Assembly: GCA_041916875.1 (NCBI GenBank)
Contig: JAYRYS010000002.1
Coordinates: 73,865-137,864, forward strand
Direction of reading: 5' to 3'
Source: Flavobacterium sp.
GTDB taxonomy: Bacteria; Bacteroidota; Bacteroidia; Flavobacteriales; Flavobacteriaceae
DNA: 64,000 bases
Part shown: piece by piece, positions 48,484 through 57,985 of the stretch
Layout of the letters: the number at the start of each line of letters is the position of its first letter
Position numbering within the stretch: the stretch's first letter is position 1
The notes under the pieces: model-generated
Databases searched by the model: none
Told to the model about the DNA's origin: nothing
What the model saw: the letters and a program-made list of their open reading frames with translations, nothing else
Translations under genes and position numbers: made by a program

Positions 48484-48804
48484 CTATAAGAATTTTAGGA
48501 AATTCCAAAAAGGGCGGCTTTTAAGGAACGCTGAATCGTTTTCATGCCGGTAAGCTTCTCGCTCAAAACTGATGTTTCGGTAAGCTGCGTGCCGGTTGCG
48601 GTATTGTACCAGGCGGAGAAGATATTCCAAACCATACCAAATGTAAAAGGGCAGGATAAGCATTTCGGCCTGCTGGCGGAGGTGAATGCGCTCATGGTTG
48701 ATGATAGTGTCCTGCTTCAGCCTTTCATCCCGCAATATAATGAACGGGTACAGCGTGATGCCTGTAAAACCTTTCGGGACTAAATATTTAGAGGTGATTA
48801 TCAT
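48484..48804 (-). CDS. conserved hypothetical protein with HExxH motif
   Basis: GITLYPFI, INHERIHLRQQ, YRNISFEREAY. Start corrected to MIITSK. Confidence 0.8.
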   Translation of the reverse strand: MIITSKYLVPKGFTGITLYPFIILRDERLKQDTIINHERIHLRQQAEMLILPFYIWYGLEYLLRLVQYRNRHAAYRNISFEREAYRHENDSAFLKSRPFWNFLKFL

Positions 48805-48832
48805 GAAGAGTATGCGGATTGTTTGAATATCT

Positions 48833-48971
48833 CGCGAAGGCGCGAAGGCGCAAAGGTTTTTATTGTGATCAAATTTGGTACCTTGAGGCCTTATCGCTTC
48901 AAGGAAATATTTCCTCAATACATTAAAAGAAATCCGTGCCAATCTGCTAAAATCCGCGTCATCCGCGTTCC
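48833..48971. repeat. cluster of short tandem repeats and hairpins
   Basis: CGCGAAGG x2 plus CGCAAAGG (48833-48856); ATCCGYG-type units (48931-48971); hairpin at 48881-48904. Confidence 0.6.
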
Positions 48972-48988
48972 TTTTCTATTTATTATGA

Positions 48989-49207
<219 letters not shown>

Positions 49208-49212
49208 TAAAT

Positions 49213-49263
49213 AGTCGCAGTCGCAGTTTTCAGTACTGCCTGCTGCGATTGTGACTGAAAACT
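49213..49263. repeat. hexamer (CAGTCG/CAGTTT)-built inverted-repeat element
   Basis: AGTCGCAGTCGCAGTTTTCAG ... CTGCGATTGTGACTGAAAACT. Confidence 0.7.
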
Positions 49264-49270
49264 CATAAAC

Positions 49271-51262
49271 ATGACATTTCACCAACAGATACAGGAAGGC
49301 ATACCTTCTATACTGCCACAGCCACAGCCTTATGACCCGGCTATAAACCACGCACCCAAGCGTAAGGAAATACTTTCGGCTGATGAAAAGAAGCTGGCGC
49401 TGCGGAATGCCCTGCGCTATTTTGAGCCGGAGCACCATGCAGAACTAATCAAAGAGTTTGCCGCTGAGCTGGAAACCTATGGGCGCATATACATGTACCG
49501 CCTTCGCCCGGATTATAAAATGTATGCCAGGCCGATAGACGAGTATCCCGGAAAATCATCGCAGGCCAAAGCCATAATGCTGATGATACAAAACAACCTG
49601 GATTATGCCGTGGCGCAGCACCCGCATGAGCTGATAACCTATGGCGGCAACGGCGCGGTGTTTAGCAACTGGGCGCAATACAGGCTGACGATGAAGTACC
49701 TTAGCGAGATGACCGATGAGCAAACGCTGGTTATGTATAGCGGCCACCCTATGGGCTTGTTCCCATCGCATAAGGATGCGCCAAGGGTAGTGGTAACCAA
49801 CGGCATGATGATACCCAACTACTCCAAACCGGACGACTGGGAAAAGTTCAACGCGCTGGGCGTAACGCAATACGGGCAAATGACGGCAGGCAGCTATATG
49901 TATATTGGCCCACAAGGCATTGTGCACGGTACGACCATTACGGTACTGAACGGCGGAAGAAAAATATCAAAAGGCGGTGAAGGGCTGGAAGGCAAGGTGT
50001 TTGTAACATCGGGCCTTGGCGGTATGAGTGGTGCGCAGCCAAAGGCGGGCAACATAGCCGGCTGCATTACCGTATGTGCTGAAGTTAACCCGAAAGCGGT
50101 ACACACACGCCACTCACAAGGTTGGGTTGACGAAGTGATAACCGACCTTGATGCTTTGGTAGAAAGGGTTAGGAAAGCCAAACTGCATCAAGAAGTGGTG
50201 TCGATTGCTTACCAGGGCAATGTGGTGGATGTATGGGAAAAATTTGATACAGAAAATGTTTACATAGATCTGGGCAGTGACCAGACATCATTGCACAACC
50301 CGTGGGCGGGTGGCTATTATCCTGTTGGGCTGTCTTTAGAGGAAGCGAACACGATGATGGCAGAAAACCCTGCGGCATTTAAAGAAAAAGTACAGGAATC
50401 GCTGCGCAGGCAAGCGGCTGCCATAAATAAGCACACTGCAAAAGGAACGTATTTCTTTGATTACGGTAACGCTTTCCTTTTGGAAGCATCGCGTGCCGGG
50501 GCTGATATTATGGCGCCAAACGGCATCGACTTTAAATACCCAAGCTACGTGCAGGACATCATGGGGCCAATGTGCTTTGACTATGGCTTTGGGCCGTTCC
50601 GCTGGGTGTGTGCGTCAGGCAAGCCGGAAGATTTAGCCAAGACCGATGCCATAGCAGCATCAGTGCTTGAGGAAATGGCACGTACAGCGCCATCAGAAAT
50701 CAGGCAGCAGATGGAAGATAATATCCGCTGGATAAAAGGCGCGCAGGAAAACAAGCTGGTAGTAGGCTCGCAGGCACGCATACTATATGCCGATGCCGAA
50801 GGCAGGATAAAAATAGCCGAAGCTTTCAACAAAGCGATTGCTAACGGAGAGATTGGGTATGTTGTACTGGGCCGTGACCACCACGATGTAAGCGGTACTG
50901 ACTCGCCTTACAGGGAAACATCCAACATATATGACGGGTCGCGCTTTACGGCCGATATGGCTATACACAACGTAATTGGCGACAGTTTCCGCGGAGCTAC
51001 CTGGGTGAGTATTCACAATGGCGGCGGTGTAGGCTGGGGCGAGGTTATAAATGGCGGATTTGGTATGGTTCTTGATGGTTCTGAAGATGCATTAAGGCGC
51101 TTGCAATCAATGCTTTTCTGGGATGTGAACAACGGTATTGCCAGGAGGAGCTGGGCCAGGAACGATGAGGCTATTTTTGCCATAAAGCGTGCCATGGACA
51201 GCCAGCCGCTGCTGAAAGTTACACTCCCGAATAAGGTTGACGACGCGTTATTGGATTTATAA
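49271..51262 (+). CDS. hutU: urocanate hydratase (long form)
   Basis: HELITYGGNG, YGQMTAGS..YIGPQGIVHGT, GLGGMSGAQP, SDQTSLHN, GRDHHD. Confidence 0.96.
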   Translation: MTFHQQIQEGIPSILPQPQPYDPAINHAPKRKEILSADEKKLALRNALRYFEPEHHAELIKEFAAELETYGRIYMYRLRPDYKMYARPIDEYPGKSSQAKAIMLMIQNNLDYAVAQHPHELITYGGNGAVFSNWAQYRLTMKYLSEMTDEQTLVMYSGHPMGLFPSHKDAPRVVVTNGMMIPNYSKPDDWEKFNALGVTQYGQMTAGSYMYIGPQGIVHGTTITVLNGGRKISKGGEGLEGKVFVTSGLGGMSGAQPKAGNIAGCITVCAEVNPKAVHTRHSQGWVDEVITDLDALVERVRKAKLHQEVVSIAYQGNVVDVWEKFDTENVYIDLGSDQTSLHNPWAGGYYPVGLSLEEANTMMAENPAAFKEKVQESLRRQAAAINKHTAKGTYFFDYGNAFLLEASRAGADIMAPNGIDFKYPSYVQDIMGPMCFDYGFGPFRWVCASGKPEDLAKTDAIAASVLEEMARTAPSEIRQQMEDNIRWIKGAQENKLVVGSQARILYADAEGRIKIAEAFNKAIANGEIGYVVLGRDHHDVSGTDSPYRETSNIYDGSRFTADMAIHNVIGDSFRGATWVSIHNGGGVGWGEVINGGFGMVLDGSEDALRRLQSMLFWDVNNGIARRSWARNDEAIFAIKRAMDSQPLLKVTLPNKVDDALLDL

Positions 51263-51332
51263 TCCGGGGAAGAAAGTTAATTGCCAATGCCTGATGCAAA
51301 AAATGCTATGAACAATTAACTTTATTACAATC

Positions 51333-51875
51333 ATGAAAACAATTAAACTGTTATCGTTGCTTTTATTTACGGCGGTGGCTACATCGTGCAGCTCAGTAAA
51401 AGTAGCGTCGGATTATGATGACAATGCCGATTTCAGCGGGTACAAAACCTATGGCTTTTTTAAGGATGGTATAGACAAGGCTGACATTAGCGACTTGGAC
51501 AAGAAACGTATTATGCGCGCCATTGAGGCCGAATTCACCAAGAAAGGCTATACCAAAAGCGAAAAACCGAACCTGCTGGTAAACATTTTTACCAAATCGC
51601 GCAAGGAGGTAAACGTGAACCAAATGTATAACGGCTGGGGCTGGGGTTATGGTTGGGGCTACGGCTGGGGGCCGGGCTGGGGATGGAACAACACCTATGT
51701 GAGCACATCAACCGAAGGCACGCTGTACATTGACCTGATTGATGCCAATAAAAAAGAATTGGTTTGGCAAGGCGTTGGTACAGGTGTACTGACCATGGAC
51801 CGGAACGAAAAACAACAGCGCATTAATGAGTTTGTTGCCAAGATACTGGCACAGTTTCCGCCGGAGAAAAAATAA
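51333..51875 (+). CDS. DUF4136 family lipoprotein
   Basis: Lipobox ATSC, DFSGYKTY, GW repeats, EGTLYIDLID...LVWQG, FPP. Confidence 0.9.
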   Translation: MKTIKLLSLLLFTAVATSCSSVKVASDYDDNADFSGYKTYGFFKDGIDKADISDLDKKRIMRAIEAEFTKKGYTKSEKPNLLVNIFTKSRKEVNVNQMYNGWGWGYGWGYGWGPGWGWNNTYVSTSTEGTLYIDLIDANKKELVWQGVGTGVLTMDRNEKQQRINEFVAKILAQFPPEKK

Positions 51876-51899
51876 TTTACTTTTAGATTTAGCTTTGAT

Positions 51900-51926
51900 G
51901 AGCCCTGCAACCTGCGGGGCTTTTTT
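51900..51926 (+). terminator. intrinsic terminator
   Basis: GAGCCCTGCA-acc-TGCGGGGCTTTTTT. Confidence 0.75.
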
Positions 51927-51991
51927 ATACTATTTGTTAATGTTAAATGAAAGCAGATTTTATTAGATTTGCAGCTCATTAACAAAACGAT

Positions 51992-54298
51992 ATGAAAAAT
52001 AAATTACTCCTGATTTTATTGTTTATTAGCTGTGGCGTGAATGCTCAGATTGTGAGTATGCCTAATGAAGGTTTGAAGTCAGATTTATTGGCGATAACTG
52101 CAGCCAGTGGTGATGCAAAAGATGCTAACGGCAATAATATATCGATTGACGCGAACAATGATGGAGAAATTCAGGTAAGCGAAGCGCAGGCTGTCTGGTA
52201 TTTAAGCACAAGCGCATGGGATGATATGCAGGGTATGGAAGCATTCATTAACATCAGAGAGTTCTACTTTACAATGGGTAGTGCAACTACATTGAATTTT
52301 ACATCGTTTGTTAATCTTGAATATTTGGATCTTGATATTTATTCGGATCTCCAGTCTTTAAACATTTCAAACTTGCCGCATTTAAAAAGACTTACCATAA
52401 TGGACTCCGTCCTTTCGCAAATCATGTGGAATGGTACAAATAATTTAGAGGTTATTGAAATTACGGCTTATCTTAATGCTATTAACTTATCTCAATTTGA
52501 GAACCTCAAATCCTTTCATTATTATGGTGATCAGATTGCAATAGATGTCAGTGAAAATCATAATCTTCAAAGTTTTCGCTTTTACCTTGCACATTCAAGT
52601 GATCTGCCTTTCGTACTAACAGGGTTTGAAAATAAGCAGGAACTCACTTCTTTTACGTTGGAATTCAGTTATTGGTTACCCCCTTTTCCTCCATATCCAA
52701 ATCTGCCTGCATTGCCTCCTATTGATCTTAGTGGCTGTCCGGCGCTGAATAATTTAAGTATCGATTTGGGTCCAACTACCAGTCCACGCTATTTAAATTT
52801 GAAAAATGGGGTTACCAATTATACACTTTTTAATGTAAACCTTCATCCTACTGATTTTAGCCCGGTAACCGTATGCATTGATGATTCCAACCAGGATTAC
52901 TTTTTGCAGCATGGCTTAAACAATCCGCATATATTACTTAATAGTTATTGTTCTTCCGGGCCAGGTGGACAAACAAATACTGTTGAGGGAATACTATCTT
53001 TTGGAACTGACTGCTCTGGCAATTCACTCCCTGCTAATCTAAATAAGATGAGCATTACCAACGGTACTACCCAAAGTGTAACATTTACTGATACAGCCGG
53101 GGAGTATAAATTTTATCCTGAACAGGGAAGCTATACAGTAAGCCCACAATTTGAAAACAACTCATGGTACACAATAACGCCTCCATCAGCAACTATTAAC
53201 TTTGCCAACAATAATAACAATACTGCAACTCAAAATTTCTGCATCACGCCAAACGGGGTTCACCCAGATGTTGAGGTGGTTATTGTACCAATTGGTACTG
53301 CCCGCCCGGGATTTGATGCTCATTATAAGATTATCTATAAAAATAAAGGTAACCAAACTTTGTCAGGGTCATTAAGTATGATATATAATGACGCCGTGCT
53401 GGATTATGTGTCTGCAACACCTGCCTACGCAACTTCCGCAGCAGGGCAATTAAGCTGGAATTATTCCAATTTAGCACCTTTTGAAAACCGTGAAATAAAT
53501 GTTGTCCTTAACCTGAATGGCCCAATGGAAACGCCGCCGGCTAATATTGGAGATGCATTAAATTATACAGTAAACATAACTCCAGCAGTAGGTGACGAAA
53601 CCCCTTCTGATAATACTTTTACCTTTAACCAGGAAGTGGTAGGCTCTTTTGATCCAAATGACATTACCTGCCTTGAGGGCGATGTGGTACACCCTGATAA
53701 GATTGGGCAATACCTGCATTATAACATCAATTTTGAAAATACTGGCACGGTACCGGCTACATTTATTGTAGTGAAAGATATTATCAATGCCCAGCAGTTT
53801 GATGTTAACACATTACAGGTACTGAGCGCCTCGCATAATGTGGAAACAAGGGTTACCGGTAATAAGGTTGAATTTATTTTTGATGACATCAACCTGGCGG
53901 CACAGGGAAAAGGCAATGTGGTTTTCAAAATAAAGACCAAGCCAACTGTAGCGGTGAACTCAACCGTAACACAAAAGGCCGATATCTTTTTTGACTACAA
54001 CTGGCCTATTGTAACCAACGATGCCAACACTACTTTCACCATCCTGAGCCGTGGCGATTTTGCTATAGATAATTCGGTTAAAATTTACCCTAACCCGGCT
54101 AAAGATGTTGTGAATGTTGAAGGCAGTGCTGAGCTAAAATCCATACAGCTGTATGATGTGCAGGGCAGGCTGTTGCAATCAGTTTCAGTTTCGGGGTTGC
54201 AGTCAACTGTAAATATAGCTTCAATGCCAAAGGGTATTTATTTTATAAAGGCCTTTACTGAAAAAGGAACCAAACTGGAAAAGATAGTAAAAGAATAG
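51992..54298 (+). CDS. T9SS type A cargo protein (LRR-like N-terminus, DUF11/DUF7619-like domain)
   Basis: Signal peptide, DANNDGEIQVSEA, LRR-like repeats, GSFDPND, FENTGT, IYPNP...GIYFIK...KIVKE CTD; -7 box TAGATTTG at 51964-51971. Confidence 0.9.
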   Translation: MKNKLLLILLFISCGVNAQIVSMPNEGLKSDLLAITAASGDAKDANGNNISIDANNDGEIQVSEAQAVWYLSTSAWDDMQGMEAFINIREFYFTMGSATTLNFTSFVNLEYLDLDIYSDLQSLNISNLPHLKRLTIMDSVLSQIMWNGTNNLEVIEITAYLNAINLSQFENLKSFHYYGDQIAIDVSENHNLQSFRFYLAHSSDLPFVLTGFENKQELTSFTLEFSYWLPPFPPYPNLPALPPIDLSGCPALNNLSIDLGPTTSPRYLNLKNGVTNYTLFNVNLHPTDFSPVTVCIDDSNQDYFLQHGLNNPHILLNSYCSSGPGGQTNTVEGILSFGTDCSGNSLPANLNKMSITNGTTQSVTFTDTAGEYKFYPEQGSYTVSPQFENNSWYTITPPSATINFANNNNNTATQNFCITPNGVHPDVEVVIVPIGTARPGFDAHYKIIYKNKGNQTLSGSLSMIYNDAVLDYVSATPAYATSAAGQLSWNYSNLAPFENREINVVLNLNGPMETPPANIGDALNYTVNITPAVGDETPSDNTFTFNQEVVGSFDPNDITCLEGDVVHPDKIGQYLHYNINFENTGTVPATFIVVKDIINAQQFDVNTLQVLSASHNVETRVTGNKVEFIFDDINLAAQGKGNVVFKIKTKPTVAVNSTVTQKADIFFDYNWPIVTNDANTTFTILSRGDFAIDNSVKIYPNPAKDVVNVEGSAELKSIQLYDVQGRLLQSVSVSGLQSTVNIASMPKGIYFIKAFTEKGTKLEKIVKE

Positions 54299-54379
54299 CG
54301 CTTTGCATACTAAAGTAAGCAAGGTGCAGTTATAACTTAGGGTTCACGCCCTGTATTAGTTATCACTTTGTTTTTGTTC

Positions 54380-54407
54380 AACCGCGGCCTAGCTGCGGTT
54401 TTTTTTT
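54380..54407 (+). terminator. intrinsic terminator
   Basis: AACCGCGGC-cta-GCTGCGGTT followed by a T tract. Confidence 0.85.
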
Positions 54408-54517
54408 ATTTAATTTAAAATCATATTGAATAGCCAGTGTTTTGAAATATTATTTTTAAAGTTCGAGGATTTTAAATGAGGATTTCATAATTTTACGGTT
54501 GAAACACATGGAAATGT

Positions 54518-56278
54518 ATGGACGCAAGTTTTGAAACCAACCCTTTGATAGAAAGGCTGCCAAAGCACCTGAAACAATTCATCAAGCCCCAGGATTATGA
54601 AGACTACACCCCTATAAACCAGGCGGTGTGGCGCTACGTTATGCGCAAAAATGTAGATTACCTGAGTAAAGTAGCGCATAGCTCTTATCTTGATGGGCTT
54701 AAGAAAACGGGTATTGAGGTGGATAGCATACCCAGCATGTATGGCATGAACCGTATACTGCAGGAAATAGGCTGGGCTGCCGTGGCGGTTGACGGTTTCA
54801 TTCCGCCGAATGCGTTCATGGAGTTTCAGGCATACAATGTGTTAGTGATAGCCAGCGACATTCGCCAGCTGGAGCATATTGAGTACACCCCCGCGCCAGA
54901 CATTATTCATGAAGGTGCCGGGCATGCACCTATCATCGCCAACCCTGAATATGCCGAGTACCTGCGCCGTTTTGGCGAGATTGGCTGCAAGGCCATTTCA
55001 TCGGCACATGATTATGAAATATACGAAGCCATCAGGCTTTTATCAATACTGAAAGAGGCAGAGGGGACACCTCAGGCAGAAATTGAAGACGTTGAAAAAC
55101 GTGTGGACGAATTGCAGAACGCTGTAGTGGAACCAAGTGAAATGGCGCTGATACGCAACCTGCACTGGTGGACGGTTGAATACGGGCTTATTGGTACTGT
55201 TGACAATCCTAAGATTTACGGCGCAGGATTACTTTCCTCAATAGGGGAGAGCGCCTGGTGCATGACCGCTAATGTAAAGAAAGTGCCTTATGATATTGAA
55301 GCTGCTTACCAAAGTTTTGATATTACCAAACCGCAGCCGCAGCTTTTTGTAACGCCTGATTTTGCACATCTCAGCTTGGTACTGGAAGAATTTGCCAACA
55401 AAATGGCATTGCGTACCGGTGGCCTTTCCGGAGTGCAAAAGGTCATACAATCTAAAGCGCTGGCTACGGTGGAACTGAGCACCGGCCTGGAGATATCAGG
55501 TGTGTTTACTAATGTTATAGAGAATGATGGCAAACCGGTGTACCTGCAAACTACAGGCGGCACGGCCTTATCGTATCGTGAAAAGGAGCTTGTAGGTCAT
55601 GGTACATCTTACCATGCCGAAGGCTTTGGTAGCCCGGTAGGTAAGCTGAAAGGCATTAACCTAGCTATTGAGGATATGAGCCCCCGCGACCTGCGTGCCT
55701 ATGATATATACGAAGGCGAAAGGGTAACGCTGGAATTTGAAGGTGGCATTACCGTATCGGGCGAGATTATTACCGGTACACGCAACATTCAGGGTAAAAT
55801 CATTATTATCAGCTTTAAGGATTGTACCGTAATGCATGGTGATAAAATGCTTTTTCAGCCGGAATGGGGTATTTATGACATGGCTGTAGGCAAAAAAGTG
55901 GTTTCGGCTTTCTCCGGCCCGGCTGATGTAAACAGCTTTGACTTGGTAACGCACGTGCCGTCAAGCCAAACCATTAAGGCTAAAAAATCCGTGGAGAGGG
56001 AAGAGCTGGAAAGCCTGTATAAAAATATACGCACCATACGCGAAGGTGGCAAAGGCGATTTGAGCCTTGAGGAAACTTTTCATAAGCTGACACAAAACCA
56101 TGCTAACGACTGGCTGCTATCAGTTGAAATTGCCGAACTGCTACATAAAAACAACAATGAGCCACTATTGAATAAAGTACTGGCGCATCTTGATGCCGTA
56201 AAAGCAAATCGCCCACAGGTGGCACATCTTATTGACGGCGGCCTTGACCTTATATTTGAAAAAGAGAAAATAGCTTAA
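54518..56278 (+). CDS. phhA: aromatic amino acid hydroxylase (phenylalanine 4-monooxygenase, long form)
   Basis: YTPAPDIIHEGAGHAP iron ligands, WWTVEYGL, IYGAGLLSSIGE. Confidence 0.88.
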   Translation: MDASFETNPLIERLPKHLKQFIKPQDYEDYTPINQAVWRYVMRKNVDYLSKVAHSSYLDGLKKTGIEVDSIPSMYGMNRILQEIGWAAVAVDGFIPPNAFMEFQAYNVLVIASDIRQLEHIEYTPAPDIIHEGAGHAPIIANPEYAEYLRRFGEIGCKAISSAHDYEIYEAIRLLSILKEAEGTPQAEIEDVEKRVDELQNAVVEPSEMALIRNLHWWTVEYGLIGTVDNPKIYGAGLLSSIGESAWCMTANVKKVPYDIEAAYQSFDITKPQPQLFVTPDFAHLSLVLEEFANKMALRTGGLSGVQKVIQSKALATVELSTGLEISGVFTNVIENDGKPVYLQTTGGTALSYREKELVGHGTSYHAEGFGSPVGKLKGINLAIEDMSPRDLRAYDIYEGERVTLEFEGGITVSGEIITGTRNIQGKIIIISFKDCTVMHGDKMLFQPEWGIYDMAVGKKVVSAFSGPADVNSFDLVTHVPSSQTIKAKKSVEREELESLYKNIRTIREGGKGDLSLEETFHKLTQNHANDWLLSVEIAELLHKNNNEPLLNKVLAHLDAVKANRPQVAHLIDGGLDLIFEKEKIA

Positions 56279-56280
56279 GT

Positions 56281-56490
56281 TTCATCAGAATGACAGTGCA
56301 TACATGTTTGTCATTAGCTTCGCTGAACCACTTTGTTGGGTTTCTGAACGGAGCTTGCGGAGTGAAGAATCCCAATTGACACGAGATTCTTCCTTCGTCA
56401 GAATGACACAAGGAGATGTTTTGTCATTCTGAACGGAGCTTTCGGAGTGAAGAATCTCAGGTGACACGAGGTTCTTCCTTCTAAAATGAA
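56281..56490. repeat. REP/REPIN-like repeat cluster between convergent genes
   Basis: ~55-bp unit TTCTGAACGGAGCTTKCGGAGTGAAGAATCYCA..TGACACGAGRTTCTTCCTTC at 56342 and 56427 (85-bp period); inverted TCAGAATGACA/TGTCATTCTGA. Confidence 0.85.
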
Positions 56491-56494
56491 AACA

Positions 56495-57112
56495 CTACAG
56501 CAACACATCAATATTCCCGTCATCAACCTGCTGGTCGTTATATTGCAGTTTCCAGCCCATGGTGTTGGTCAGTATCAGTATTTTAGAAAGCTCGCTTACC
56601 AGCCTGTTCTGCGCATTGGTCTTTAACGTTGATTTTTCAATACGTTTGCGCATACTTTCCTTTACTTTCTGATTGATCTTATTGTAATCATCGCCGTCAA
56701 ACTCATTAAAACCGTTTTGCTGTATGTCATAAAACTTCAGCTGCGGGTTTATCTTTATCTCCTCTTTCGGTATGTTTTTTATGGTGATGGTCTTGCTGGT
56801 CTCATCAATATCATATTGTAGTTTGCTCAGGTCATAGCTCACGGTAACATCAGCATTCACAATCACAATAGCTTTTTTCTCGAAAGAAACCAGGTTCATC
56901 AGGTAATTTGCGCGATCCTTATAGGTAAGGACCTCGCTGAAATGCCCTTCCGTCACCACCAGCTTGCCAACATTTTTTATTTGCTCCTGTATCAGGGCCG
57001 TTTCTTCAATTTCAGGCCCATCGTCTTTTTTAAAAGTGCAATACCGGAAAAGTACAAAAATGATGATGATAGCGGCGATTATGAATATGATTCTTTTGAT
57101 AGCAGCAGGCAT
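56495..57112 (-). CDS. DUF4230 family protein
   Basis: N-terminal anchor, KNVGKLVVTEG, ADVTVSYDLS, NAQNRLVSELS. Confidence 0.85.
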   Translation of the reverse strand: MPAAIKRIIFIIAAIIIIFVLFRYCTFKKDDGPEIEETALIQEQIKNVGKLVVTEGHFSEVLTYKDRANYLMNLVSFEKKAIVIVNADVTVSYDLSKLQYDIDETSKTITIKNIPKEEIKINPQLKFYDIQQNGFNEFDGDDYNKINQKVKESMRKRIEKSTLKTNAQNRLVSELSKILILTNTMGWKLQYNDQQVDDGNIDVLL

Positions 57113-57153
57113 GGATTGATTATTTTTTATTGACTATTGATTATTTACTACTA

Positions 57154-57206
57154 ACTGAGACTGAGACTGAGACTGAACACTGAACACTGAACACTGAACA
57201 CTGAAC
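57154..57206. repeat. tandem short repeats (ACTGAG)x3 + (ACTGAAC)x5
   Basis: Directly visible in the intergenic region upstream of the DUF4230 gene. Confidence 0.95.
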
Positions 57207-57265
57207 AACTCACCTCCAAGTTACCAATAAATTACAATAATCATTATTAAATAAACCCTAAACAA

Positions 57266-57922
57266 TTAGATAATATTGTTTGTACGTGCTTTTTGCACCG
57301 CTTCAATCTTGCTGTGTACCTGTAGTTTTTTATATATGTTTTCAATATGCTTGCGTACCGTGCTGGGTGAAAGGAAAAGGTTATCGGCAATATAAGTATA
57401 GCTCAGTCCTTTGCTCAGTTGTTCCAGTACATCAATTTCGCGGGCGCTGAGCTTTACGGTATCCTGCTCGGCGATGCTTTCAATATCAATAGGGTTGCGC
57501 AGCAGCTTCAGGGTTTTCATGGCGATGGAAGGATTCATGGCCGCACCGCCTTTCAGTGTTTCAGCAATGCCGCTATACAATTCACCGGCTTCAACATCCT
57601 TGAGTAGGTAACCGTCGGCACCGGCTTTAATAGAGCGGAAGATGTTCTCATCATTATCAAAAACCGTAAGCATGATCACTTTTATATGCGGATAGCGTTG
57701 CTTGAGCTGTGCCGTGGCATCTATACCATTCATTACAGGCATTTCTATATCCATAAGCACCACATCAATATTATGGTTACTTTGTAGTTTGGTTAGCAGG
57801 TCCTGCCCATCTGCCGCGTGGAATTTCACTTCAGCCCCGTCAAAAAAGGAGAGTTTTTCCATGATGGCTTTCAACAGGAAAGTATTGTCATCAGCTATTG
57901 CTATTTTTATTTTTTGTGCCAT
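57266..57922 (-). CDS. NarL/LuxR-family response regulator (copy B)
   Basis: IADD, LMDIEMP, GADGYLLK, LSAREIDVL...TVRKHIENIYKKLQV. Confidence 0.95.
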   Translation of the reverse strand: MAQKIKIAIADDNTFLLKAIMEKLSFFDGAEVKFHAADGQDLLTKLQSNHNIDVVLMDIEMPVMNGIDATAQLKQRYPHIKVIMLTVFDNDENIFRSIKAGADGYLLKDVEAGELYSGIAETLKGGAAMNPSIAMKTLKLLRNPIDIESIAEQDTVKLSAREIDVLEQLSKGLSYTYIADNLFLSPSTVRKHIENIYKKLQVHSKIEAVQKARTNNII

Positions 57923-57937
57923 GCCTGTAATTTGGTT

Positions 57938-57985
57938 TAAAAGTAATCACTCCGTGCATTTTGCCACATAAGCCAATTGCCTTAT
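57938..57985 (-). promoter_or_regulatory. 18-bp palindromic operator + 22 nt + -7-like box, before response regulator B
   Basis: Minus strand ATAAGGCAATTGGCTTAT-N22-TACTTTTA. Confidence 0.6.

Noticed and set aside
56281-57206. CRISPR array
   Set aside because: Too few units, the inter-repeat sequence is conserved rather than unique, the 57154 tract has no spacers, and there are no cas genes.
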